From positions 243,474,001 to 243,538,000 of the forward strand of contig OZ024740.1 of the NCBI GenBank assembly GCA_964016885.1: 64,000 bases of DNA. The letters are read 5' to 3'. Below, one piece after another: positions 14,303 to 27,437 of this stretch. The first letter of the stretch is position 1. The number at the start of each line of letters is the position of its first letter. The position numbers and the translations under genes were made by a program. The notes beneath the pieces were generated by a model that searched no databases, had not been told where the DNA came from, and was given only the letters and a program-made list of their open reading frames with translations. The stretch comes from Eledone cirrhosa (lineage: Eukaryota).

Positions 14303-14716
14303 TATAAGGAATTCCAACTTTGTCTGATTTACTCGTTTTATTTACAATCCTTTAAAATTTATAATGGTATTAGAATGAAATAGTATGGTAGAATATTAAA
14401 TGTTAAGTGTTAATTGAACAAGTACTTTCATGCTTTCGCAATCTTCAGGCTCATAATGTGTGGTGACAGTCAACTTTGCAATTTTCAACTGTTGAAAATT
14501 GCAAACTTGACTGTCACCACACATTATGAGCCTGAAGATTGCGAAAGCATGAAAGTACTTGTTCAATTAACACTTAACATTTAATATTCTACCATACTAT
14601 TTCATTCTAATACCATTATAAATTTTAAAGGATTGTAAATAAAACGAGTAAATCAGACAAAGTTGGAATTCCTTTTATTAATATAATCTTCTATACACAA
14701 TCATACCCACCCATGT
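14298..14716. mobile_element. Near-perfect ~385-bp palindrome of a PLE pLTR with 3' tail, in (TA)n
   Basis: Arms at 14298-14490 and 14491-14683, tail at 14684-14716. The arm sequence matches 30531-30728, downstream of the GIY-YIG ORF. Confidence 0.92.
14527..14565 (+). ncRNA. Minimal type I hammerhead ribozyme (mirror copy on - strand at 14415-14453)
   Basis: tgagc-CTGAAGA-t-tgc gaaa gca-t-GAA-AGTACT-T-gttca; predicted cut after 14560. Confidence 0.85.
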
Positions 14717-14787
14717 ATATTTATCTATCTCTCTCTCTCTCTATATATATATATATGTATATATATATATGTTTATATATATATATA

Positions 14788-15768
14788 TTCCCTTTTTGGC
14801 ATATTAATCTGTGAGAATCCTGGTTATCGAGTGGAGCTCTGCTGAGGATTGAATTCCAACCGTGACCATCTCCACTGAAAGTTTTCATGAAATAGTCTTT
14901 AAGACTATACAGAGCATTTGAAGTTTTTCCAAATTGAAGGATGAGTATTTTAAACTTTATTTTATCATGAGTTAAGGCTCTATTGATTTTTCCCTGGATT
15001 TCACAAAATTCTGTGGATGAATTTATATCCTGATTCTCTTTGAGATGAGTTTGAATTATTTTTCCCACATCTTACGTTAACTATTTTTCCCATTTTGACG
15101 CTATAGTCACTTATATATTATGGAGTACTGTTGGCTTTTTGCTGCAGTGTTTTCTATACCTTTCATTTATATATTTATACTCGGATTTTTTTCCTCGCGT
15201 GCTTCAATTATTTGTGACTAATTCCGTTTTTTTTTATAAAAAACTGCGATAATATTGCTTTTTGCTGAACTCCTTATTGTAGAGTTTTTTTCGGAATGTT
15301 TTTGACTGTTGTTTCTTGTAAACAAACATTCGTCTCATTCTGACGTCACTAGCCATGTCTTTCCTCATGTGCATTTTTCATAATCATGCATGATGGTGAA
15401 CTAGCCTATTTTAAAATTCCATTTTTGGCATATTAATCTGTGAGAATCCTGGTTATCGAGTTGAGCTCTGCTGAGAATTGAATTCCAACCGTGACCATCT
15501 CCACTGAAAGTTTTCATGAAATAGTCTTTAAGACTATACAGAGCATTTGAAGTTTTTCCAAATTGAAGGATGAGTATTTTAAACTTTATTTTATCATGAG
15601 TTAAGGCTCTATTGATTTTTCCCTGGATTTCACTAAATTCTGTGGATGAATTTATATCCTGATTCTCTTTGAGATGAGTTTGAATTATTTTTCCCATTTT
15701 GACGCTATAGTCACTTAAATATTATGGAGTGCTGTTGGCTTTTCACTGCAGTGTTTTCTATACCTTTC

Positions 15769-15772
<4 letters not shown>
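14788..15772. repeat. Partial tandem (~1.6 units of ~630 bp) unknown element flanked by (TA)n
   Basis: About 14788-15172 is repeated at about 15418-15772, giving the duplicate ORFs 14721-15068 and 15401-15697. Confidence 0.85.
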
Positions 15773-15810
<38 letters not shown>

Positions 15811-16429
15811 ATATATATATAGATATAGATATATCTATATATATATGTATATATATATATATATATACATATATACTAGCAATATGTTCATTTTAGTGTA
15901 CTTTCTAACATGAACTGTTGCTTTTTGAAAATGTATGCATATTTTATATAAAATTGATCTGAGAACTCTGGTCCCACTATCTCTAAATCTATATAAATCT
16001 ATATAAAATGTTTCAAATACTAAAATGAATATTATCTTGAATTAATAAATAATTTATTAAACAACATGTCATACATTACATTACATTTTGAATATAAAAT
16101 TGATTTTTTAAAACAATTTTCACTAAAAGTGAATAAAAATACATAGTTTATAATAAAATGATGCAATTTTTCTGCAAGTTTGACAATTGCAGAAACCCCT
16201 TCTTCCATTGATATATTCCCAATCCCACCCATATTGGTCCAAGAATTTGTTGTCTAAAAAAAAAACAGAATGCAGTAGACCAAGATTGCGCCCCCCCCAC
16301 CCACCCCCCACCCCGCCCACACACACACCTTGCTTGTATCTAGCTATGTTTTTGCCAACATCTCTCAACCCCTAATATACTTAGCTTCCCATCTATGTTA
16401 TAAGTCATCACATAGAAGAGGGCATTGGG

Positions 16430-16640
16430 TTGGCAGTATCGGTAGAATGTCAAACAACACGATTTGTGGCATAGAGTTACATCCCTTTACGTGCCCAGTT
16501 CAAATTTCACTGTGGTTAGCTTTGTCTTTCATCCTTACAGGGTCAATAAAATAAAGTACCAGTAATGTACTGGGGTTGATTTGATTTTCTCCTCCCCTAA
16601 AATTGTTGGCCATATGCCTAAATCAGAAACCATTATTATC
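16430..16640 (+). mobile_element. tRNA-like SINE, family with ctttcatccttacggggtcgataaaataaagtaccag core
   Basis: The same core recurs at about 90-180, 668-760, 23320-23440, 23785-23910, 31883-32065, 36925-37070 and 45635-46050. It resembles the Nin/Deu SINE domain from recall. Confidence 0.7.
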
Positions 16641-17539
16641 ACATGGAAGAAGTAGGGGCATGTATAAATTCAGCTCTTGAGTCTAAAATATGTGTAATGT
16701 AGCCAGTTTGAATAAATTTATTATTGGTTATATGGTTAAGGAGTTTGCTTTGCAACCATGTGGTTTTGGGAGCAATCTCAATGAATGACACTTTTGTCTA
16801 CTATAGATTCAGGTTGACTAATGCTTTGTGAGTGAAATTTGGAAACAGTACTGAAGCCCATGTATGTGTGTGTGGAGAGGGGGACTGTTTGTGTCCTGTA
16901 ACCATTTCCTGATTTACCATTGTGCTTAGGTGTGCTTAAGCATAGCGCCCCATTGGCCGGGGATGGAGGTCCATTTTTCTGCCAAAAAAAATTTTACAAT
17001 GAATTTTTTACAAGTAAGGGGGCCATATAACTTAATTAGTACAGGGCCTCATTTGTCTTAAATCCAGCACTGCCTGTAACCTAACGTTTCTATAAATAGA
17101 GACTGATAAAATAAGTGCCAGACTTGTAAAATATAATACTAGGTCGATATGATCAACTAGACCCCTTTAAGGCATTGCTCCAGTATGATCACAGTCAAAT
17201 GAGTGAAACTGGTAAAAAGATAATGAAATTATAAATAGAACATACCAAAAAAATACTAAATATAGATATATATCCATCTGACAATATGTTATTATTTATG
17301 TAATCTGTTGAGAATATTCTGTATCTGACAAATAGTACAGTAACAAGCTGTAAGATCAACACTGTATGACAGATATATAAACATTTATTGAGAAAAATAA
17401 TACCTTTTATATACAGTTGTATTTGTAACAATGTCCTGAAATAGACTGTTGTTCATGATAATTTACAAAAACATATTTGTCTATTATGCTTGTTAGTTTA
17501 ATATTTAAAAAAAATTCTTATTTTATTTTGTTGGATAAG

Positions 17540-19135
17540 TATCAAGCAAAATTAGATACAGGAAACTTCCTTCAACTGGCTCAATTATTTGTCATATATG
17601 ACATTGTCATCAAGGTGCGTGTGATCCGTGGACTCCCTGGGGATCTGCAATGGTAGTAAGTACTCAGTGTCTATCAGCTTGTTGAATAGACAGACCTTTC
17701 AAAAGCTTGGCATCTGTGAGAAAATACATTTAAATAAAAGGAGCCCTGCTAGTGAAAAGGTTCAATGTACTTCAACTGAAAATAAACCACAAATATCAAG
17801 GTTCTCAAACAGTATTCAGAATTATATAATCAAGTCTTTGGCTACTTATGTAAGAAAATCAATATTAAATGGAATCAAAGGAGCAACAAAACATACGTTC
17901 CTTATGAATGAAACAATAGATGTCTCTCACTGAATAGGCTTCTATGTGTGTACATTGTGCATCAGGTAATGAAATAAAAGGCTATTTCATTTAGGTGTGT
18001 GATATAAAGTCTATAACTAGGGAAGAGCTGGAGTGAAGTGCCCTGTATGTGTGTGTGTGTTTTAATAGCTTATAGATAGAAAACATTAGAGGCCAGGGTA
18101 ATGATGGAGCTGCTGAGATGGGTCATGTAAGGGACATCAGCGAAGGATTCTTCTCCACAATGTATATTGTTGAACATTGTGTTGTACAAAGTGCTAAACT
18201 GAAGAAGCTATTTTGCTTCATTCTTTCATATATTAGAAATGTTATAAAATTTCATTTCAATGTTAATTAAGTGACATGCTTTATTCAAATAAAGCCAACA
18301 CACCATCTACACTGGGTCCCTTCCTTTAGAACTGAAAAAACATTTGACATAAAAAATATATTCTGAGAACTCAGAAAAAGTTGTTTACGGCTCTAGTGGA
18401 ATTTCTGATCAAGATATATATGAAAGTAGTTCACTAGATCCAGTAAGTGAAGATACAACAATAATGTTATGTAACATCATTTTTTTTTTCTTTTACCTAA
18501 ATATTGTTGCATGTTCAATCATTGATGGCATTCTGAAGACACTTTATGAGCTGATGATGGAAGAAAAATTCTAGAATGTATGGAACTCCATAAGATGCAG
18601 ATATTGGTGCTCAGAGCAGATTGAGATAACTGGGTTCAAGTGTAGCTCCATGTCTGCAGCAGCATATCAACCTTCACGAAGTGTTGAAGTGTTCTATCAC
18701 ATGGAATGCATACTACACATTTATAGATACACGTGGAAGATGTGGAGGAAAATTAGTAACAAGTTGCAAAGTTCAAGAGCTAAATACTTTCTGCAAGTTC
18801 AATGATTTTAAGGAAGTTGATGACCATGGTTTGACAAGATTGTGTGTATTTCACTCATCCTACACACTACCAAAGCATTGATCTGAGATTCCTTCTCAAT
18901 TGCATCAAGAAAATTAATGATCATCTTGTCTTCTCATTTATGCATAAGTTGCTTAAAATTCATACAACAATTTCAGTAACATCTCTAACTTTTCCAATCT
19001 TAACTACAAACCCTGTGTGTGGAAGAAAGATTCTCTGATCTTATGTTGCTTCACATTGAGAGAGACATTCCTGTTAATAATGAAGAAAGGATAAACATTC
19101 TCAAGTGCATGGTCAAGAGAAGAATGCTAATATGA
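17540..19135 (+). pseudogene. Decayed hAT-superfamily transposase (ZMYM1/DUF4371-like)
   Basis: Fragments GNFLQLAQL and SNSIQNYIIKSL...ILNGIK...FLMNETIDVSH, plus a C-terminal dimerisation-like SDLMLLHIERDI...KRRML. Confidence 0.7.
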
Positions 19136-19539
19136 TTCATTAAAATTTGCAATTTATTGATAATGATTAAGAATATAATTGTTGCTTATAGATTTTTCCT
19201 GATAAGGATCAATATTTTTCAGTTGCTACTGAGGAGCTTTGGCCACCATATCACCCAGTATATTTCTAGAAATCTTTAATTTATAGATTCATATTATTTC
19301 TATAATGAACAAGCTAAAGGTTAACATAAGTGAAATTGAATAATAATTGTAAATAAATTCAAAAATTTCAATATCTTCATATTTTACAACAAATTTTCAT
19401 ATATATAAAAGTAACTATATGTAATTGAATTCAAGAATATTTACCACAAACAATTTTAACAGTTTTCATTGTGTGTGTATGTGTGTATGTTTGTGTATGT
19501 ATGTATGTGTATATGTATACATATATAATTATATATATA

Positions 19540-19946
19540 GGGAGTGTAACTTGGAGTTGCTGCAGGTTCACCCGGGTGAGCACATGATGTTTAGGTTCAC
19601 TTCTGTGTTGGGGTGTAGAGCTATACAGAGTGTAATATAGTGAAAAGATAACAAGGACGATTGGTTACTCCTTCATTACATTTATTGGTAGGTGACGCAC
19701 GTTTCGCCACTGATCAGCTCAAGGTTTGATCTGTATCGATCTTACCCAACTCTATAATCAGCAGCTCGACGGACCCTTTAAAATGCTATATTTTCTTATA
19801 GCATTTTAAAGGGTCCGTCGAGCTGCCAATTATACAGTTGGGTAAGATCGATACAGATCGAACCTTGAGCTGATCAGTGGTGAAACGCACGTCACCTACC
19901 AATAAATGTAATGAAGGAGTAACCAATCGTCCTTGTTATCCTTTCA
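19540..19946. mobile_element. Fold-back element with variant hammerhead, in (TA)n
   Basis: Arms at 19641-19790 and 19797-19946; unpaired tail at about 19540-19640. Confidence 0.88.
19811..19897 (+). ncRNA. Hammerhead-fold RNA with non-canonical core CCGUCGA (mirror at 19690-19776, -)
   Basis: Mirror arm reads gggt-CCGTCGA-gctgctgatta...tgatcagtggc-GAAACGTGCGTC-acct; the + arm has a few substitutions. Confidence 0.6.
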
Positions 19947-19966
19947 ATATATATATATATATATAT

Positions 19967-20415
19967 AGTAATACAGAAGACCTGCCTTGCCTATGTACAA
20001 AGCGAAACCTACAGTCAGTGGGCACCTTTTAACCAAATATACACGTCAATACACTACCCCTACCCTATCCTCCCACTCCCACCAACACCACCCTCTCTCT
20101 GTAAAGTTGGTACCACAACATCCAGTCCAAATTAATGAGATAATGAGATCGAGATCGTGTAGGTGTCACGACAAAAAAACACACAGTCCACGCTGTAATG
20201 TGGCCGTGTAGGTAACACGGTAAAAAGTTCCCAGTCCACACTGTAAATGTGGTTGGTGTTAGGAAGGGCATCCAGCCATAGAAAACCTGCCAGATAGTCC
20301 TATATGAGTGAGACACAGTCACCCGACCAACCTTGCCTCAAGTGGGACAACTCCCGTCTAACCCATGCTAATGTGGAAGATGGACGTTAAACCATGATGA
20401 TGATGATGATGATGA
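19967..20415 (+). mobile_element. RTE LINE 3'UTR fragment
   Basis: Matches the 3'UTRs at 11187-11560 and 61721-62130; (gat)n tail. Confidence 0.85.
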
Positions 20416-20429
20416 TATATATATATATG

Positions 20430-20481
<52 letters not shown>

Positions 20482-20487
<6 letters not shown>

Positions 20488-20698
20488 GAGGTAAAACCCT
20501 GGAAGGTAACATCCATAGTGGTAGAGAACTCAGTCAATGGGACGAATTTGGTAGAAGTAGTAACACAACAGTTAGTTCACCATACCGACAACAATTGTTT
20601 CACCTTATGAGGATCTTCAGCTCAGAGAGTCTGAGCTGAAGATCTGCATAAGGTGAAACAATTGTTGTCGGTATGGTGAACAAACTGTTGTGTTACTA

Positions 20699-20701
<3 letters not shown>
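20482..20701. mobile_element. Fold-back element with hammerhead, in (TA)n
   Basis: Arms at 20555-20626 and 20630-20701, tail at 20482-20554. CTGAAGA...GAAACAATTGTT at 20631-20671. Confidence 0.85.
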
Positions 20702-20734
<33 letters not shown>

Positions 20735-20735
<1 letters not shown>

Positions 20736-22744
20736 GTCAGAGAGAATTGTGATGTCATTGGAGAGATGTGTATCCGGAATGATAAAGGTGAGCCTGCCGT
20801 CACAAGTGCTGAGAAGAAAGATGCATGGAAGAGCAATTATGATAGATTACTAAATGAGGAGAATGCATGGGAAGAAGAGACCCTACCCCAAGTAGACCCT
20901 ATAGAGGGGCCAGCAGTACAAGTCAGTAGCAGCGTAGTAAGTAAGGCAATCAAAGATATGAAGATGGGGAAGGCAACCGGTCCATCGGGTATAACTGCCG
21001 AGATGCTGAAAGCACCTGGGTCTGTAGGTCACACTATAACCACACGTATTGTTAACCAGGTAATACTAGAAGGTGTCATACCAAAAGATTGGTGCAGTAG
21101 CATCATTGTCAACTGCTACAAAGGTAAAGGTGATGCACTAGATACAGGAAACTATAGAGGTATAAAGCTGATGGACCAGGTCATGAAAGTAACAGAAAGA
21201 GTTATAGCACAGTTGATTAGGGACCGGGTGAAACTAGATGAGATGCAATTTGGGTTTGTACCAGGAAGAGGCATCACTGATGCCCTCTTCCATGTGAGGC
21301 AGTTACAGGAAAAGTACCTAGCTAAAAGTAAGCCACTCTACCTGACATTCGTCGATCTTGAGAAAGCCTTTGACAGAGTTCCACGTGCTGTAATCTGGTG
21401 GGCTCTTAGAAAACTAGGAGTAGATGAATGGCTTGTGAATGCTGTACAAGCCATGTATAGGGGAGCAGTCAGCAAAATTAGGATTAGCAATGAGTATAGC
21501 GAGGAATTTAGTGTACAGGTTGGTGTCCTCCAGGGCTCTGTTCTTAGCCCTCTTCTGTTCATCATAGTCCTGCAGGCAATAACGGAGGAGTTTAAGACCG
21601 GATGCCCATGGGAACTCCTGTATGCTGATGACCTCGCACTTATAGCTGAATCTATGGTAGAACTAGAGAAGAAATTCCAAACTTGGAAGCAGGGACTATA
21701 AAGAAAGGGTCTCAAAGTCAACAAGACAAAGACTAAGGTCTTTGTAAGTAGACGAGAAAACAGAACCCAGATCCCCTCAGGGAAATGGCCTTGCTCAGTA
21801 TGTAGGAAAGGTGTAGGTAGGAACTCCATTCTCTGCCCCAAATGCAAACAATGGGTACACAAGAGATGTAGCGGGATCTCAGGAAGCTTAATTAAGAATG
21901 TAGGCTTCACATGCAGCAGCTGTGCTGGGACAGCAAGCAGCAAACAGCCACAGGAAACAAGTACCACCAATCTCTGGGAGGGCTCTGAAGAAACAGTAGA
22001 CAGCAGACTGTATGATGCGTGTATCCGAACAGCAATGTTACATGGTAGTGAGACCTGGGCGCTGAAGGTGGAAGACTTACGTAGATTAGAAAGAAATGAA
22101 GCCTGCATGCTCCGATGGATGTGTAATAGCAATATACGTGAACGGCAAAGCATAAATGAATTGAGAGAGAGACTAAGCATAAGAGGAATCAAATGCTGTG
22201 TGCAAGAGAGGCGGTTGCGTTGGTATGGACATGTGATGCGTATGAAGGATGACAGCTGCATAAAAAGGTGCAGAGCACTAGAACTCAATGGAAACCGCGG
22301 AGTGGGGAGACACAAGTAGACCTGGGATGAGGTGATAAAAGCCAACCTTACCCAATTACACCTCTCAAAGGCGATGACACACGACTGTGACCTCTGGCGT
22401 CACGCAGTAATACAGAGTACCTGACCTCCCATGGGTACAAGATAAGCATATAGACAATATGCCCCCACATCTCCCACTGCAAGGTGGTCGTGGAGGTGCC
22501 ACGGCAAAAAAGCACCCAGCCCACACTGTAAAGTGGACGTGTAGGTGCCACGGAATAAGCACCCAGCACTCACTGTAAATGAGGTTGGTGTTAGGAAGGG
22601 GATCCAGCTGTATAAATCAAGCCAGAATCAGTTCCTGTATGAGCAAGGCATGGTCAGCCGACCAGACACTGCCCACAACAGGACAACCCGTCTAACCCAT
22701 GCTAGCATGGAAGAACGGACGTAAAACGGTGATGATGATGATGA
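20735..22744 (+). mobile_element. RTE-type LINE, 5'-truncated (RT, PHD-like finger, C-terminus, 3'UTR)
   Basis: ORF 20673-21701 has full RT motifs (FVDLEKAFD, QGSVLSP, YADD). ORF 22035-22319 encodes the C-terminus. Internal deletion near 22000; (gat)n tail. Confidence 0.96.
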
Positions 22745-25537
22745 TATATATATACCATTTATGTTGTGTGGTTTACCAATAGGTAGATCTGGTCATTCTG
22801 GTTGGTAAACCATGATGTAATAAGTTAAAGCACTCGATGTTATGCAAATTATCCATTGTAGATGTGGTATCCTGTGAATAGAGGTAGGCTAAGAAAGACC
22901 TGGGCAGAGGTTGTGAGAGCTAACTTCAAATCACTGAGACACACAGAGGCAATTACAAAGGATTGCAATATGTAGAGAGATGTCATGCTGAGAAGGAACG
23001 TCATCATAACCAACAGAGTACCAGTTATATACAATACAGTGTGCCTCTCCTCTGGCATTCACAGTCCTGGCATTCATGGTCCCGGTTATTCACAGAATTT
23101 TCCTTAGAACCTAACCAATAATTGTTCGTGGAACCATCACATATACACAGAATCATATTTTTTATGTCTTTTTTTGTAGCAACATATATTTTTTAATGCT
23201 AAATTATTAATATACCATATTTGCTGGCCTATTAGATGCTCCTTCGCATAAGACACTCCCTCTTTCTTTTTTAAATTATATTTTACGTTATATTTTGATG
23301 TTTGTGTGTGTATGCAATAATTGTTTCTACTTTTGACACAAGGCCAGCAATTACCCAGTGCATTACTGGTACTTTATTTTATCGACTCCGTAAGGATGAA
23401 AGGCAAAGTTAACTTCGGCGGGATTTAAACTCAGAATGTGTGTATGCAATAATGGATGAAGGTGTGCTTAGTGGGTAGGATGATTGACTCATAATCACAA
23501 GGCTGTGATTTGGAATGATGTCAATGCATTGTCTCTTTGAGGTAGACACTTTGTTTTACATTACTGCAGCCTACTCAGCTGGTAAAAATGAGATGTATAT
23601 GGAGTTCAAAGGGCCAACTTTATCACACACTGTGTCATACTGAATCTCCCTGAGAATATGTTAAGGGTGCATGTGTTTGTGGGATACTCAGTCACTTGCA
23701 TGTTAATTTTATGAGCATGCTGTTCTGTTGTTTGAACAATGGGTACACTTATCTTCAGAACTGATGGAGGCTCAACACATACAATAGTTGTTTCTACTTT
23801 TGGCACAAGGCCAGCAATTATCCCCAGTACATTACTGGTACTTTATTTTATTGACCCCGTAAGGATGAAAGGCAAAGTTAACCTCAGCGGAATTTGAACT
23901 CAGAATGAGTGAAGATAAACTAGAAGGGGTATAAGTCAGGTCTGTGGGCATGTTGATGCTGGGTGGTCAACTGTGTATAAGTGTATGAGTATAAAAGGTG
24001 GGTGGTACAGGTTGCATGTGTATTTATGCTGTGTGTGTGTGTGTGTGTGTGTCTGTGTTTATGTCCCATAGCTTAGCAGTTCAACAAAAAGAGATCAATA
24101 AGTACCAAACTTGAAATCATAATGACTGAGGTCAATTTGACAAATTAAAGATCAAGGTGATACCCAGCATGGGTGCAGTTTAATGACTAAACAAATGCAT
24201 GTTTGTGTACTCTAGGGCGCCAAATAATAGGGGGGGGGGGTAGACATTTGCTTAAATTCTTATAAGCTGGGGGGTGGGGTGGGAGAATAAACGTGGTTTG
24301 GGAAATCTGGTAATTGTATAGTGTACATTAGTAAATATAGGTTTTCTTGTAATGTTCTTTTTTTGTCATATATAATGTTTTAATGTTTTTTTATGTAAAA
24401 TAAAATTATTATTAGATTCTCCAGCTGCTGTATCGATATGAATCACAATAAAATTTCACCAGAGATAGAAAAGCAAAATGTGATAATCAGGAGATGGGTG
24501 GTCGTGTGGAATAAAAATTAGAGGGGGGGGGGGGGATTAATTAATGGGGGAAGTGGGGATTATACAAGACCTGAAAATATGTATGTATATGTATATAAGT
24601 TGAAGTCTGTCCAAAGCCCAGAGGTTCATCAGGCTGAATCATCCCTATTTCCTTGGCATTAAGCCACTGAGAGTAGAAGACTCCCTATCATTATCATCAT
24701 CATCATCATTATCATTTTACATCTGCTTTTCCCTGCTTGAGTAAGAAACCAGTGCATCAAAGACTTAAATCCCATCTGTTGTTAGTTTTACAATTCTTTT
24801 CATTTGGGTGGACTGGAGCAATGTAAAATGGAGTGTCTTGCTCATGACTTAATAGTTGGGATGTTATCACCGTAGACGAATAGTTGGGATGTTGGACTCA
24901 TGATCACAAGATTTTGAGTTCAATTCAAGACCGGAAGGTACATTGTGTCCTTAAGCTAAAACTATTGTTTCAGACCACTCAGCTGAAAAATACCAGTGGT
25001 GAGATTAACCCCATGATAGACCTATACTGTGAGGAGTCTTGTACCTTCAGTCACTTAACGACAGGTGAAACTGGTTTAAGGAGATGATTTACTTAAATGG
25101 GAGGCCCTTTGCAGTCATGGTTGACCATGGGTTTTGCACCTAAAAAGGTTTTGTCCGCAGCACAAGCCTAGGCAAGGTGGTTTCGTGGAAGACTGGCAAT
25201 CACCCATGAATACCAGTCTCCCTGTTCCATCCTACCAATATTGTCCAAGAGAAAGTTAGAAATACAGCTTGGTACCAGTAATATCACAACTAATTTTTTC
25301 CAGCTGAGTGATTTGGAGCAATGTGAAATAAAGTGTCTTGTTCAAGGACACAATGCACTGCTTGGTCCTGAAATCAAACTCAGAGCCTCATGATTGTGAG
25401 TCCAACACTCTAACCACTAAGCTACACGCCTTCACAATAAATTTATATTTAAAAACAAATAGGGGTAGTTTTTGTAAATAGATAGAGTTAGCTTGTGATA
25501 GAATGTAGGATTGAAACACTCATATGGATTGTGTGAG

Positions 25538-26684
25538 TAGGTAGTGTGTAGGTAGTGTGTAAGTAGTGTGTAGGTAGTGTGTAAGTAGTGTGTAGGCAGT
25601 GTGTAGGTAGTGTGTAGGCAGTGTGTAGGTAGTGTGTAGGTAGTGTGTAGGTAGTGTGTATGTAGTGTATAGGCAGTGTGTATGTAGTGTGTAGGTAGTG
25701 TGTAGGTAGTGTGTAGGTAGTGTGTAGGTAGTGTGTATGTAGTGTGTAGGCAGTGTGTAGGTAGTGTGTATGTAGTGTGTATGTAGTGTGTAGGCAGTGT
25801 GTATGTAGTGTGTAGGTAGTGTGTAGGTAGTGTGTAGGTAGTGTGTATGTAGTGTGTATGTAGTGTGTAGGTAGTGTGTAGGCAGTGTGTAGGTAGTGTG
25901 TAGGCAGTGTGTATGTAGTGTGTAGGTAGTGTGTAGGTAGTGTGTAGGTAGTGTGTAGGTAGTGTGTAGGTAGTGTGTAGGTAGTGTGTTGGTAGTGTGT
26001 AAGTAGTGTGTAGGCAGTGTGTATGTAGTGTGTAGGTAGTGTGTAGGTAGTGTGTATGTAGTGTGTAGGCAGTGTGTATGTAGTGTGTAGGTAGTGTGTA
26101 GGCAGTGTGTAGGTAGTGTGTAGGCAGTGTGTATGTAGTGTGTAGGTAGTGTGTAGGTAGTGTGTAGGTAGTGTGTAGGTAGTGTGTAGGTAGTGTGTAG
26201 GTAGTGTGTATGTAGTGTGTAGGTAGTGTGTAGGCAGTGTGTAGGTAGTGTGTAGGCAGTGTGTATGTAGTGTGTAGGTAGTGTGTAGGTAGTGTGTAGG
26301 TAGTGTGTAGGTAGTGTGTAGGTAGTGTGTATGTAGTGTGTTGGTAGTGTGTAAGTAGTGTGTAGGCAGTGTGTATGTAGTGTGTAGGTAGTGTGTAGGT
26401 AGTGTGTAGGTAGTGTGTATGTAGTGTGTTGGTAGTGTGTAAGTAGTGTGTAGGCAGTGTGTAAGTAGTGTGTAGGTAGTGTGTATGTAGTGTGTAGGCA
26501 GTGTGTATGTAGTGTGTTGGTAGTGTGTAAGTAGTGTGTAGGCAGTGTGTAAGTAGTATGTAGGTAGTGTGTAAGTAGTGTGTAGGCAGTGTGTAAGTAG
26601 TATGTAAGTAGTATGTAGGTAGTGTGTAGGTAGTGTGTAAGTAGTGTGTAGGCAGTGTGTAAGTAGTATGTAGGTAGTGTGTTG
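25538..26684. repeat. 11-bp minisatellite (gtagtgtgtag consensus), roughly 100 units
   Basis: Seen directly; variants gcagtgtgtag, gtagtgtgtat and gtagtgtgtaa. Confidence 0.97.
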
Positions 26685-26711
26685 GTAATCTATCTTTGTG
26701 GAAACAATTGT

Positions 26712-27404
26712 GTTGATGATGGTGATGGTGGTGGTGGTGGTGATGGTGGTGGTGGCAGTGGTGATGGAGGTGGTGGTCATAGTGTGGTGGTGGTGATGGT
26801 GGTGGTGGCAGTGGTAATGGTGGCGGTGGTGATGGTGGTGATGGCAGTGGTGATGGAAGTGGTGGTCATAGTGTGGTGGTGGTGATGGTGGTGGTTGCAG
26901 TGGTGATGGAGGTGGTGGCAGTGGTGATGGTGGTGGTGGTGGTCATAGTGTGGTGGTGGTGATAGTGGTGGTGGCAGTGGTGATGGTGGTGGTGGTCATA
27001 GTGTGGTGGTGGTGATGGTGGTGGTGGCAGTGGTGATGGTGGTGGTGATGGTGGTAGTGTGATGGTGGTGATGGTGGTGGTGGCAATGGTGATGGTGGTG
27101 GTGATGGTGGTAGTGGCGGTGATGGTGGTGGTGGCAGTGGTGATGGTGGTGGTGGCAGTGGTGATGGTGGTGGCGGTGATGGTGGTAGTGGCGATGGTGG
27201 TAGTGGCGATGATGGTGGCGGAGGAGTGGATGATAAAGATGAAGAAGAGGAGGAGGTGGAGGAGGTGGAAGGATAATGACGACGATGATGATGATAATGT
27301 GTAAGAGAGGTTGAGGATAGTGGTGGTAGTGGTTGTGGTAATTGTGGCAATGATGGTGGTCTTTGTGGTGGTGTTGAGAGTAGCAATGATTGTGATGATA
27401 GAGA

Positions 27405-27435
<31 letters not shown>
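26712..27435. repeat. Degenerate (GGT)n-based repeat
   Basis: Seen directly. Confidence 0.9.

Positions 27436-27437
<2 letters not shown>

Noticed and set aside
14298-14716. Palindromes as miRNA precursors or classical MITEs
   Set aside because: One-sided tails, embedded HHRs and identity to a PLE pLTR fit retroelement fold-backs better.
21338-22345. 335-aa minus-strand ORF and similar ORFs opposite other RTE copies
   Set aside because: Antisense shadows of the RTE coding strand.
25488-26780. 430-aa THYLHTTYTLP-repeat ORF
   Set aside because: It arises from an 11-bp minisatellite whose unit length is not a multiple of 3; no sign of coding function.
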